Of a stretch of DNA of 64,000 bases, positions 1 to 12,041 are shown piece by piece. This DNA is from Squalus acanthias (lineage: Eukaryota). Below the pieces are notes generated by a model. The model saw nothing but the letters and a program-made list of their open reading frames with translations. It did no database searches and had not been told where the DNA came from. Each line of letters begins with the position of its first letter. Within the stretch, counting starts at the first letter, position 1. The stretch spans positions 118,112,001 to 118,176,000 of the forward strand of contig CM059432.1 in the NCBI GenBank assembly GCA_030390025.1. Reading direction: 5' to 3'. Both the position numbers and the translations under genes were made by a program.

Positions 1-180
1 CCAGGGGAAACATCCTCCCTGCATCTACCCTGTCAAGCCCTGTAAGAATTTTATATGTTTCAATGAGATCACTTTGCATTCTTCTAAATTCTAGGGAATA
101 ACGGCCTTGTAGCCTCAATCTCTCCTCAGAGGGAATCAGTCTGGTGAATCGTTGTTGCACTCCCTCTAAGGCAAGTATAT
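1..180 (-). mobile_element. CR1 LINE ORF2 3' fragment
   Basis: Reverse complement matches the CR1 C-terminal region also seen at 9230-9400 and 23350-23500 (gcatctaccctgtcaa...tttcaatgagatcac). Confidence 0.8.
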
Positions 181-184
181 CCGA

Positions 185-450
185 TTTGTCGTAAAAACCC
201 AATGGATTCACTAATATCCTTTAGGGAAGGAAAACTTGTTGTCCTTATGCGGTCTGGCTTATAGGTGACTCGAGTCCCACATCAATGTGGTTGACTCTCA
301 ACTGTCCTCTGAAGTGGCCTAACAAGCCACTCAGTTGTATCAAACCCCTAGAAGGAAAAACAAGAATTAAACCTGACGGACCACTCGGCTGTGACCTAGG
401 CATTGAATCAGGACACAACAAAGGCACACCCAGCCCAGTGGACCTTGCAT
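185..450 (+). repeat. Dispersed repeat, possibly the 5' part of a CR1-group LINE
   Basis: Resembles, from memory only, a common elasmobranch repeat; no second copy in this window to confirm. Confidence 0.3.
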
Positions 451-1540
451 TGGCAGGTATCCAATCACTGATGAAAACTGAAGTTCAGTTTACTGTGTAC
501 CTACCTATTAAGAACCTTTGCTTGCTTAATTTAATTGTTATTGATTCAGAATTCATGCATTTTATACCCCTTTCAATAAAGGATTTTTGACATATTAAAA
601 AACACCGCCAGTGTACTCCTGTTTGTTTAAACTTGATTTATAAATGAGACATGGGGATTGTAACAGTAGTGATGGTGCAATACAGCGACAAAATTGATGA
701 GATCACATAGTGCTTTAGATTGCAATTTCATTGTGTCCTAACAATGTGAATTTATTATGTTTTTATTCTATTTCAAACTCGCAGGTTAATTGATAGTCTG
801 TTTAAACTATTTGAGCTATAAACAGCCTTGAACTTCAAGGTTTCTTGTTTTTCCATATAATAAATTCAGGTACACCCCCAGGGACTACTTCAATCTCATA
901 CAGAAAACTGGTATATAGCAGTCTAACACCAACTAGTTATCTTCAGCCTAGCTCTTAACTGAAAACTAGAAACTTTCAAATTGTTAGAAAAATGGTCATA
1001 GAATTGCAACCTGGCGGATTACGATAATATCATGAAAGATGTCATGTATATGTGCCCTCAAAAAAAAAGATTACTGGTTTTGCAGTTGCCATCCTGGTCG
1101 TTAGGACAGGGACCAATTTCAGTGGTTAGTTTAAATCTCCTGTTCCATGCTTACTGAGGAAGCTGTTTGTTGTACAAACATTTGAAGGAAACTCAGCTTG
1201 TACAGTTTGGTAAGAATGCTGTTATGCTTAATTATGGAGAGAACATAGTCCTGTAAAAAAAACATATCTCATGGGCTGAACAATGCAACTCATGGTGCAA
1301 AAAATCATTAGTCAATTTGCATTCTATTTCCAACACCATTTCACAGCAGGGTACCTTTATAAGGACACCAGAGATAAAACAGTATAATTCAATACAGCGC
1401 AGATTTATAGTTTATTTTGTTCCTCGGCATCAAAAATTGTTTTAAAGGAAGACATTTTTTTAAGACACTTGGTCCTCTGTAATATAATCAGGCAATATGA
1501 CAGCAATAAATTCTCAACTTCGTGGAATGATATGTCATTA

Positions 1541-1640
1541 CATAGAATGTACAGCACAGAAACAGGCCATTCGGCCCAACTGGTCCATGCTGGTGTTTTT
1601 GCTCCACACGAGCCTCCTCCCACCCCTCTTCATCTAACCC
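1541..1640 (-). mobile_element. CR1-type 3' end fragment
   Basis: catagaatgtacagcacagaaacaggccattcggccc is the reverse complement of the CR1 3' end seen at 5670-5720 and 10710-10757. Confidence 0.65.
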
Positions 1641-2756
1641 TAGCGGAGTCAGGTGTGAGGTCGGAGATCTCGGGACCGGGAGTGGCGGTGATTATGGTAA
1701 GTACCTTTTTATTACTTGCGTGGTGTTTAGCGTTGGTTTTCCCGGAGGCAATCAGCACTGGTGCTGCCTGCCTCAGGGCAAACCAAAGTTGCGGCAGGGA
1801 CCAGAAGCAGGCGTTAGGCCCCTTATTTGCATAAGCAAATGGACTAACGTCTGCTTCAGACGTGGGAAAACGACGCCTCTTCTTTGTCCTTTACCAAGAT
1901 GGCGTCTGGTGAGATTCATTGCAGAAGAGTGCGCGTGCGCATAGAACGCCATTTTGGTCCCCAAACAGCACCCACAGTGTCCAAGCAATGGGCGCTACTG
2001 ATTCCTATTTCACGCCAGCAGAGTCTAAACCAAGAAGTATAAACCATAAATTATATTGAAATCATGTACAGAAAGCAAAATAATGACTGAGAGAGAAAGA
2101 TGGGATGAAGAGAGAGAAAGATAAAAGAGAAAGACAGAAAAATTAAAAAATAATTATTTTAATTTTTTTTTTAAATCTCCAATTCTAATTAAATTCTGAA
2201 GGAATAAAACTCCACACTTGTGAAATTAAACTTTTAGAGCCAGACAGGTTGTTTAGCAGTAATTATGATTGCTCATGCCGTTAAAAGTTCACTTACACCT
2301 GAATGCACCAGCCTTAACTTTTTCTCCCATGTTTAGTGGGTAACTAGTAGGTAAGTATCGCAACTTCACACCCTAACATTGATTTTAATGGTCAGTGCAT
2401 CGGCCAGGTACCGGTGTAGCGCAGCCTGTGGAAGAGCGGGGTAACTCGGATAGCAACTTCCAGATTTCCACGTTTAACTGCACTTGTGCGGACTCCGGAA
2501 GTTGCTGTCCGATTTACCCCATAATAATTATTAATAGTTATTCACAGCGCAGAATCCGGACCATTACGTGCCTATGTATTAATACCAACAATATACCATT
2601 GTATTCGCCCATTAATGACGACTCTGCTCACTCCTATGCAGCACATTGTAAAAGGGGAGAGAAAAGAATGGATCCATTGATTTGAATTTTCAAATAAAAA
2701 TTGATACAAATAAATGCAAATTCAGCCAGGCCCAGGTATATACCCATAGAGACACG

Positions 2757-2985
2757 ACTGGAATCTTTGGAATTCTCTACCCCAAAGGGCTGTGGATGAT
2801 GAGTCGTTGAGTATATTCAAGGCTGAGATCGATAGATTTTTGGACTCGAAGGGAATCAAGGGATATGGGGATCGGACAGGAAAGTGGAGTTTAGGTCGAA
2901 GATCAGCCATGATCTTATTGAATGGCAGAGCAGGCTCCAAGGGCCGCCTGGCCTACCCCTGCTCCAAATTCTTATGTTCTTATGA
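2757..2985 (+). mobile_element. CR1 LINE 3' end
   Basis: Encodes WNSLPQRAV..SLSIFKAEIDRFL..KGIKGYG, followed by the 3'UTR and ttcttatgttcttatg tail. Confidence 0.85.
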
Positions 2986-3743
2986 CTGTAAAATGCTACA
3001 AATGCTGCTAAGATGTTCGGAATTCTAATCATAAACTATATGCTCTAGAAGGGCTACTACATAGGATAAAGGTTCATTTAAGTTATCTAAAAGCTCAATA
3101 AAGGTTCAAGAATTGTGATGTTTAAATATTTTGGCCAAGAGTTTCTGCATTAGATGCAATTGGCGATCCGGGCGCAAATTGCGCTCAAAATTGCACTAGT
3201 TTTCAGAAGTGAATTTTTTGCTCAATTTTCCGCTCCAATCCATTTGCATATAATTTTTTAGAAAAAAAATTGCATGAAGGGTTGATGAGGGCAATACGTT
3301 TCATGTCGTATACATGGACTCCCAAAAGGCATTTGATAAAGTGCCACAAACTAAGCTTGCCAGCAAAGTTGAAGCCCATGGAATAAAAGGCATAGTGGCA
3401 GCATGGATACGAAATTGGCTAAGTGACAGGAAACAGAGAGTAGTGGTGAATGGTTGTTTTTCAGACTGGAGGAAGGTATACAGTGATGTTCCCCAGGGGT
3501 CGCTACTAGGATCACTGCTATTCTTGAGATATATTAATGATTTGGACGGAGGTGTACGGGGCACTATTTCAAAATTTGCGGATGACACAAAACTTGGAAG
3601 TATAGTGAACAGTGAGAAGGATAGTGATAGACTTCAAGAGTACATAGACAGGCTGGTGAAATAGGCGGACACGTGGCAGATGAAGTTTAATGCAGAAAAG
3701 TGCGAAGTGATACATTTTGGTAGGAAGAACGAGGAGAGGCATT

Positions 3744-5402
3744 GGCCCAGAAATTCCGTTCGCAGGTCTCCCGTGGGCGGAGGGCTGCGATCTGGAAAAA
3801 TCTGCGCCTAGACCGGAGGGCTTCTGGGAGGCGCAGAGTTCCATTGCTGGGCCTCTCCAAACTGCCGGTGCGCAGGGCCCACGTATCCCAGAGGCACAGG
3901 CGGTTCGCAGCGTCCCTGGGATCACATGGGCCATGGGGAGGCAATCAGAGAAGGGAATCTCCCTTCATACATTTGACAGGAAGACCTGTCAAATATATGA
4001 ATAGAGATCACCCCCAAAACATAGTAAAACTTGAAATAAATTAAAAATAAAATCACATTTTTAAAATGACTTTAAATTACAATAAATTAAGGGGTAAAAA
4101 TTCACTTGGTTGCGCCTCCCGTTAGCGCCTTAAGAGGGCGCTAATGGGGCGCAAAGCCGCTAACGCCCGGGCACAGCGATGTTTGCGCCGCTCGAGAACT
4201 TAACTTGAGATTGTGCGGCGGCGCTAAAACTTACCGCTGCGACCACCTGCGCGCGCAGATTGTGACGTCATTCCATGGTGCAACGCCCTTGTGGCGCCCG
4301 TAGCGGAAATTGAGTGGCGCCCCCTGCCTTACCGCCTGGCGCTTCCAATGACCAGAAGACTGGAACGCTATCAATCGCTGTGGGGCTGGGGGGGGGCGCT
4401 ATTTAAAGGGGGCCTCTTCCTGTCTTTTATTGTTGGTGGCATTTTTGAACTATGCATTCTGAGAGAGAGAGGGAGAGACTTCTGGAGAGATTCAACGTTG
4501 TGTGAAGGAGTTTTGGGTACTGAGCAGCACTTTGCAGGTTCATTTTGATTTGCCATTCCTTGTATCGATTTAGCAGAGACTGTGGGAGCTGCACTCTGAG
4601 CTCTTTGCCTGGTACGCTCCATTGTTCTTTCCAGCACATTTGATGTGCAAGTCTCTCCAGGCCGAGATTCAAGGCAGCAATGAACAGGATGTGGATGGAA
4701 AGCAAGATTAACCATCCCCTTTAAGAACTGGCCCGTGCCATTGTGTGTGTGTTCCATTGCTGACTGACATTACATGAGCTTCGCCAGCGCTCCGAGTTAA
4801 CACCTCACTGCTCGGCCTTTGCGCCTTAAGAGAGGTGTGCAGCGCCTGCTTTAGCGCTCCACTCACCTCCCGGGGCGGTAAAAGTGAAGTTTCCTGTCAG
4901 TGCCGATAATTAGCGCCAGACGCTAATATTTGCGCCCGGACGATATTTGCGCCCCAAATGGGGCGCGACCTAATTTCTACCCCTAAGTATTTTAAACAAA
5001 AATTTTATTTTTTGAAAAAAATAATTAAAGTTTTTAACGGGGCTAAAACTAAACATACCTTTCTTTAAAGTATTTTTAAATGATAAATCAGTGGAAATTT
5101 TTTTTATTTTTTTTACATTTTTTCAACTCTTATCCTGGTAAAAGCAGGCCTTGCACCTGCTTTTACCAGGTGCAAGAATTGTAAGTGTTTTCTGTGGGTG
5201 GAGGGTCTCCAAAAAACGGAACTCTCCACCCGCAGAGGCCCTTCTCCCGGGCAGGCGGAGGATCTGTCAAGAGCTTTCTTGACAGATCGGAAATGCCGGT
5301 TTCCAGCGCATGCGCAGTGCATGCCTAAAATCGGCATTTCCGTTGGCCCTATGGGTGAGTACACAGCGCATACCCACCCGTAGGGAATGGAATTTCTGCC
5401 TC
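3744..5402. mobile_element. Non-autonomous Harbinger-type MITE (family 1)
   Basis: TIRs ggcccagaaatt / aatttctgcctc, imperfect 3-bp TSD att/aat, interrupts CR1 at gaggc|aatataaa; GC-rich arms with AT-rich core; homologous to 44487-45243. Confidence 0.8.
4091..4983. mobile_element. Non-autonomous Harbinger-type MITE (family 2) nested in a family 1 MITE
   Basis: TIRs ggggtaaaaatt / aatttctacccc, TAA TSD (4088-4090, 4984-4986). Confidence 0.9.
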
Positions 5403-5780
5403 AATATAAACTAAAGGGTACAATCCTAAAGGGGGTGCAGAAACAGGGAGACCTGGGGGGTATATGTGTACAAATCGTTGAAGGTGGCAGGGCAGGTTGA
5501 GAAAGCTGTTAAAAAAAGCATATTGTATCATGAGTTTTATAAATAGAGGTATAGGGCTGGATTTTGTCAATGGGGACGTGATGGATAGGGTGCAGAAAAG
5601 ATTTACAAGAATGGTTCAAGGGATGAGGGACTTCAGTTACGTGGATAGACTGGAGAGCTGGCACGGGTTCAATGGGCCGAATGGCCTCCTACTGTGCTGT
5701 AATGATTCTATGATTCTATAAAAATATTCCTTGATATATTTAAGAGTGGTAACCTGGTGCAGTTTTATTAACATTTTATT

Positions 5781-6712
5781 TAAAACGGAGATGAGGAGGA
5801 ATTTCTTCTTTCAGAGGGTTGTGAATCTTTGGTATTCTCTACCCCACAGAGCTGTGGAGGCGGAGTCATTGAATATGTTCAAGGCGGAGATAGACAGATA
5901 TTTGAGCTACAGGGGAGTCAAGGGTTATGCGGAACAGGCAGAAAAGTGGAGTTGAGGCTGTAATACTGTCCATGGTAAACTTGACTGAATCTAAAAGTGA
6001 CCAAATGTACCGACAAGCTTTGAGGCAAGAGACTGCTTGGCTAAAAACATGATGTGCTGGTACTTTTCCTTCAAAAGATAAGATCTTGAAAGTTCTGTGA
6101 GAACCATGAGTCAACAACCTGCAATTGTATAAACAACGGCTCTCTCCAGTCCTTGGAGTCTGGCCTTGGTTAACTAAGCGTCAAAACAGATAGGAAGAGA
6201 GAGAGAGAGAGAGAGGAAAACAACGTTAATCACACAGTTTTGGACATGAATGCTGTGGGCGAGTTGCCAAGTTTTGGGGTATAAGTGATATTGTAGACTG
6301 ACGTTCGTTGCTGCAGTCAATGGCGACCTGGTCAGTTGCCAATTAAAGTCATACATCTAGTCATCATTGTATTGACCTCTCATCTGGTGTTAGTACGTAT
6401 GTGGTGTTGCTTATGATCACCTGAGCTTAAAGTAAATGCTTTTAGATTTGTGCGTGCTTGCTTGTAATAAGTAAATGAATTGAGTACGGTTTGTATTTGA
6501 TACTTACTTGCAACTTCTTGCTGATTTTTTATGTAAAGAATAGTTTACCGTGAAATCTTTGTCTCGAGTTGCCTGTTCCACGGGTCTGAACTCTATAAAC
6601 TGTCAGACAATCAGAACGTCTTACAAGGCCAAGACCAGATCAGCCATGAATGGCGGAGCAGGCTCGAGGGGCCAAATGGCCTACTCCTGCTCCTATTTCT
6701 TATGTTCTTATA
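5781..6712 (+). mobile_element. CR1 3' fragment split by a solo LTR
   Basis: KTEMRRNFFFQRVVNLW..KGY ends ~5955; the 3'UTR and tail resume at 6626. Confidence 0.85.
5959..6625. mobile_element. Solo LTR (667 bp), probably Gypsy-like or ERV
   Basis: TGTAA...TTACA termini, 4-bp TSD AGGC (5955-5958, 6626-6629), interrupts CR1 3' end cleanly. Confidence 0.85.
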
Positions 6713-6784
6713 GCTGAAAATGGGTTTATCACAAAAAGTATGCAATTTTAATCAAAGTCCACCACCTGTGAATATCTGTGAAAA

Positions 6785-6920
6785 TCTGACGAAGGTTCAT
6801 CGACCTGAAAGGTTAACTCTGTTTCTCTTTCTCTACAGATGCTGCCTGACCTGCTGAGTATTTCCAGCATTTTCTGTTTTTATTTAAGATTTCCAGCATC
6901 CGCAGTATTTTGCTTTTGTT
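6785..6920 (+). mobile_element. Short Penelope pLTR/tail fragment starting at a hammerhead core
   Basis: CTGACGA-aggtt(catc)gacct-GAAA at 6786-6810, then sequence homologous to the 3' end of the PLE at 7105-7200; direct repeat cctgtgaata at 6765-6774 and 6921-6930. Confidence 0.75.
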
Positions 6921-7104
6921 CCTGTGAATAACCTGATTTTAAATAACTGAAAATGACTTAAACAAATTATAGAGAATCATTTACTAGTTACATTGGTATA
7001 AAGTAATCTGTTTCTTAGTAAATAACAAAAAAATATTTAAAAGCTTTTAAAAGGTGCCTATCAGGGTCCTTGCACCTAAAGAAAAAGCTTAATTTTGAAC
7101 GAAA

Positions 7105-8255
7105 GACAGAAAATGCTGGAAATACTCAGCAGGTCAGGTAGCCTCTGTGGAGAGAGAAACAGAGTTAACGTTTCAGGTTGATGACGTTTCGTCAGAACTG
7201 GAAAAAGTTAGAGACCTAATAGGTTTTAAGCAAGTACAGAGGTAGAGAAAGGAGGAGGGGAGGTAAGAACAAAAGGGAAGGTCTGTGATAGGGTGGAAGG
7301 CAGGAGAGATTAAATGACAAAAGGGATGATGGTGCAAGGCAAAATGAGATGGTAATGGGACAAGTAAAGAAACAAAAGATGGGTCTAGAGGAGGTGTAAA
7401 TGGGTGTGGCAGAATCACCAGCAACAGCTGTCGTCCGAAAAAATGGGGGCAGAAGTTATGATCTGAAATTGTTGAACTCAATGTTGAGTCCAGAAGGTTG
7501 TAAAGTGCCCAATCAAAAGATGAGGTGCTGTTCCTCAAGCTTACATTGAGCTTCATTGGAACAGTGTAAGAGACCGAGGACAGAGAGGTCAGAGTGGGAG
7601 TGGAGCGGAGAATTAAAATAATAGGCAACTGGAAGCTCGGGGTCACACTTAGGGACTGAACGGAGGTGTTCCACAAAGCGGTCACCCAATCTGCGTTTGG
7701 TATCCCCAATGTAGAGGAGACCGCATCGTGAGCAGTGAATACAGTATACTAAATTGAAAGAAGTACAAGTAAATCGCTGTTTAACCCGCAAGGAGTGTTT
7801 GGGGCCCTGGACGGTGGGAAGGGAGGAGCTAAAAGAGCAGGTGTTGCATCTCCTGCTCTTGCACGGGAAGGTGCTTTAGGAAGGGGAGGGGGTGTTGGCG
7901 GTGATTGAGGAGTGGACCAGGGTGTCGCGGAGGGAACGGTTTCTTCAGAATGCTGAAAGGGGAGGGGAGGGGAACTTACTGAAGGTGGCAGCAATGGCGC
8001 AGGATGATCCGTTGAATGTGTAGGTTGGTGGGGTGGAAGGTGAGGACAAGGGGAAGCCTATCATGGTTCTGGGAGGGAGGGGACGGGGTGAGAGCAGGAG
8101 TGCGGGAAATGGAACCACCACGATCGAGGGCCGTGTCAACCATGATGGAAGGGAATCCTCGGTTGAGGAAAAAGGAAGACATATCAGAAGAACTGGTATG
8201 TAAGGTGGCATCATCAGAACAGATGCGACAGAGATGGAGAAACTGGAAGAATGGA
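7105..8255 (-). mobile_element. Decayed 5'-truncated Penelope-like element (RT C-terminus, GIY-YIG endonuclease, pLTR)
   Basis: Frameshifted ORFs: IPFFQFLHLCRICSDD..FFLNRGFP..PLVLTFHP and FTCTSFNLVYCIHCSRCGLLYIGDTKRRLGDRFVEH (GIY-YIG with Cys motif). Confidence 0.9.
7163..7199 (-). ncRNA. Minimal hammerhead ribozyme motif (degenerate stem II) in PLE pLTR
   Basis: Minus strand AGTT-CTGACGA-aacgtcatcaacct-GAAA-CGTT-AACT: stem I AGUU/AACU, palindromic AACGTT at stem III. Confidence 0.65.
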
Positions 8256-8947
8256 ATAAAATTTTGAGAACCTCTTTGAAGGCCTGCAAATGGATGCAAT
8301 TAGTGGAAACACGCCATAGTGATGAATTTGATCTGGGGCTGTGGCCAATTTTGTGGGTGGGGTTGGCTTCCAGTGCAATGTTTTTTAAACTAGTGCAAAA
8401 GATCGCGGAAACTCGATTTGGGCTGGACATAATTTGCACCTGAAATTCCTTGATCTTTTGCACTGGTTTGCTGACTTTGGGCAACAGCGCAACTCCAGGC
8501 CTTTGTGTTTATTTGTATAGCTAATTTAAAATTGGGGAAAAATTTGCAATTTTTACATTCACTATACAAATTGATTTGTAGGATAAAACTAGGAGCTATA
8601 TTTTTCTCCAGGTTTTGCTTCTCATCTCTTGACAACTAGTCACTCAAAACACAGGGCTGCTTTAAGACATTTGGGGCATTCTGCATAAGTTGCGTCCTAA
8701 TTACCCCACTTTCCTTCAGTGATCTCCAACTTCTCTTTGTCCTGAAACAACGTCTGCCAATTCCACACACTCATCAGTGCACAATCTCTATAACATGGCC
8801 AGACCTTTATTGCCTGGATCCCTGGACAGCTGACGAGCACACTCTATGAGATACTCCACCACCTCCTGGACCCCAGTTAAACATGTCTTATTGGATAGCG
8901 ATCACCAGCAGGAATCCTGCTTTATTTTTTTTCCCTTACCTTTCTCA

Positions 8948-9420
8948 GAACATAAGAACATAAGAATTGGAGCAGGAGTAGGCCATACAGCCCCTTGAGC
9001 CTGCTCCTCCATTCAATCAGATCATAGCTGATCTTCGAACTCAACTCCACTTTCCTGCCCGATCCCCATATCCCTTGATTTCCCTAGAGTCCAAAAATCT
9101 ATCTATCTCAGCCTTGAATATACTCAATGACTGAGTATCCACACCTCTTTGGGGTAGAGAATTCCAAAGATTCACAACCCTCTGAGCTCCTCCTCATCTC
9201 AGTCTTAAATGGTCAACCCCATATCCTGAGACTATGCCCCCTAGTTCTAGACACTCCAGCCAGGAGAAACAACCTCTCAGCATCTACCCTGTCAATCCCC
9301 CTCAGAATCTTATATGTTTCAATGAGATCACCTCTCATTCTTCTAAACTCCAGAGAGTATAGGCCCATTCTACTCAGTCTCTCCTCATAGGACAACCCTC
9401 TCATCCCAGCAATCAATCAA
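8948..9420 (-). mobile_element. CR1 LINE 3' fragment
   Basis: GMRGLSYEERLSRMGLYSLEFRRMRGDLIETYKIL; tail gaacataagaacataagaa on the plus strand. Confidence 0.9.
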
Positions 9421-10464
9421 GTGAGCTTGGGTCAACGGTCATGCCCTTTAACTGAGATTTGCTAATTTTTCCTGGGATCGGCTGTTCCAAATGGTCCGGT
9501 TCTACATTGGGCAGCTGCCGTTTTCAGCTGAATGAATGAAACCAAGCTTTGCCTTTCTTTTTCAGCATTCCTTCGCCAGCAGAGCCGTCGATGGCACTGT
9601 CTAACAAAACACGTTTGTCAGGCTTTGGTACAAATACCAGTGAGCTAGGATATGTCAAAAGCTGTAAGGCACAAAAAGTCCTTGAATGGTTAAATGTTAT
9701 CCCACATTAAAAACACATGAAGGAGGTTCAGCTATTTTATTTTGCTGATACTGCAATTTTCTTCTTTTTTTTACACATTGGCTATTACAACCTGACATTT
9801 TTTTTTCATATTATTTTGGGCCAACGTTCATATATCTATTAGGAGTAAACACATAGACTGACAATAATTTTAACCAAGGCTGATATAAAAGCTTATGGCC
9901 ATTGCAAAGGCTGCTGGATTTCAATTTGCACCGCTGAGTTTTTTTCTCTGTAATCCACCTATGGTACAATTCTTTAGGATTTATTGAAGGAATCAGTGTC
10001 GTCAGATTCCCAATCTCTCGGTTTATCACTACAGTCCATCATTCCTAAGTAGAGCAACGTCTTAAGGGGTGGTGCAGCTGTAAGAACTGGGTTGCATTAA
10101 ATTTTCCAGTTTTCACCTCAGTTTCGCCCATGGGCTTACCTGCTCTCGGCGGGTGGCATCCGGGCACCGTGAGTTAGTGCCACGTCCCGGCGACTTCCCG
10201 CTCCGAACGGGTGGGAAGTCGGCCGGCGGCCTTTGAATGAGACCCATGGAGCTGAAACACCATTTTTTTTCCTAGAGAGGTTGAGTTTTGAACAAAATCA
10301 AAACTCGGCCGCCGAAAACTAGCCCCCCAGTTAAAATCAGGGCCTTAGGCCTGGCATTTGGTGACATTTTTAGCTGAAATAATGAAGCCAAGCTTTGCCT
10401 TTCTTTTTCAGCATCCTTCAAGCAAAGCAATTTACTCTTTCAATGTGTTATCACAACATTTTCA

Positions 10465-10757
10465 GGGGACATAGGTTAAAGTAATTGGTGGAAGGATTAG
10501 AGGGGATTTGAGGAGACCTTTTTTCACCCAGAGGGTGGTGGGGGTCTGGAACTCACTGCCTGTAAGGGTGGGAGTGGCAGAAACGCTCATCACATTAAAA
10601 AAGTACTTGGATATGCACTTGAAGTGCCATAACCTACAAGGCTATGGACCCAGAGCTGGAAAGTGGGATTAGGCTGGATAGCTCTTTTTTGACCGGCGCA
10701 GACACGATGAGCCGAATGGCCTCCTTCTGTGCCATAAATTTCTATGATTCTATGATT
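10465..10757 (+). mobile_element. CR1 LINE 3' fragment
   Basis: ggacataggttaaagta..ttttcacccagagggtggtg..tggaactcactgcc, then the 3'UTR and ttctatgattctatg tail. Confidence 0.85.
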
Positions 10758-11749
10758 TACTGAGCCTCCCTTCATTACCTCTGCTAACAGTATACACTAC
10801 TTTAGTGGCCTCTTCAGGAAAGCCTCGTTCATTATAGAATCACATTCGCTGGACATTTGCTCGATGCATCTTCTGATCGGTGGCCATAATTTCGGTGGAG
10901 GATTGGCGGAAACCCTTGGATGCACGCATAAACGGGGTTTCCGCCCTTGTTACAGCAGCTGATCGGGAGAACCTCCAAGGAACATCCTGCCAATTGTTTC
11001 CTTTACTATCAGTCTATTTTCTATTTGTACCAATGGAAAGGGTGAGAGAGGAGAAAACAGGATCTAAGAAGTATAATAAGGAGAAGATGAATGAGAATTT
11101 CTGAGATGTATCTGTATTTTCATCTCAGGCTTTTGGTTTTCAATGAAAATGGACCAGAAGAGCCCACAAGATGGTATTTTTCTTCTTAGCCCCTTCCCCT
11201 ATCTCTTGGATCTTTGGCCACACAGTAATGGCTTTATAATATTTCCTCTGGAAACTTCAGGAATTGAACTACTGCTTGGCATAATGACCTTGTTGCCACT
11301 TATTTCCCTGGTATTCTTTCACAGATGCTGTGCCAATAAATGCATATTTCAGAGGTTAATAGGGGTAATCCATTTCCACAGATTAAGTCTCAGTAAAGCT
11401 CAGACATTTTGAAAGTTGTTGGCACTTACAAACTTTTAATTCACAAAGTGGCATTCTTCATGGTCATTCAGAGGATACACTGACAGGAGTGTTGCACCAT
11501 ATATGCATAATGTGTTATTATATAATCATAAAGGGTTATTTACATCTTGATAGTCTTTTTCTAATAGGCCTAAAGGAACTGTCTAATTTAGCGGGACTCT
11601 TTAAGGCCATAAAGTCTGAAAAGCAGAAATCTAATCTTCTACCTGCCCAACTGCACCCTATACAGAAGGGCTCTGAATGAGCAAATCCAGAGATGAATTA
11701 GAGGGTAATTGCTGAAGGAAATTTGGACATAAGAAGAAAACCTCTGGAG

Positions 11750-12041
11750 TGTATCAGCCGTGGCTCAGTGGGTAGCTCTCTTGCCTCTGAGTCTAGAAGG
11801 TTGTAGGTTCAAGTCCCGCTCCAGAGACTTGAGCACAATAATCTCGGCTGACATTCCAGTGCAGTACTGAGGGAGTGCTGCACTGTCGGAGATGCCGTCT
11901 TTGGGATGAGACGTTAAACCGAGGCCCCGTCTGTTCTCTCAGGTGGACGTAAAAGATAACATGGCACTATTTCGAAGCTATCCCTGGTGTGCAGGCCAAT
12001 ATTTAGCTCTCAATCAACATCACTAAAAACAGATTATCTGG
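11750..12041 (+). mobile_element. tRNA-derived SINE with Deu-domain-like core (SacSINE1/DeuSINE-like), 3'-truncated
   Basis: A-box tggctcagtggg, B-box ggttcaagtccc, core gatgagacgttaaaccgaggcccc..gtggacgtaaaagat; 16-bp TSD aagaagaaaacctctg (11731-11746, 12043-12058). Confidence 0.85.

Larger units (their letters stand above)
3275..5720 (+). mobile_element. Decayed CR1 LINE (RT region to 3' tail), split by a MITE nest
   Basis: [26 protein letters not shown] in ORF 3314-3664; resumes at 5403; (attctatg)n tail at ~5705-5720. Confidence 0.9.

Noticed and set aside
870..910. Possible plus-strand micro-exon (YTPRDYFNLIQKT)
   Set aside because: Weak donor, no recognisable homology, no partner exons.
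1640..2560. GC-rich MITE-like segments
   Set aside because: Probably repeats, but paired TIRs and TSD could not be defined, so not called.
11755..11825. tRNA gene
   Set aside because: A and B boxes are the head of a SINE; no complete cloverleaf and it continues into the SINE core.
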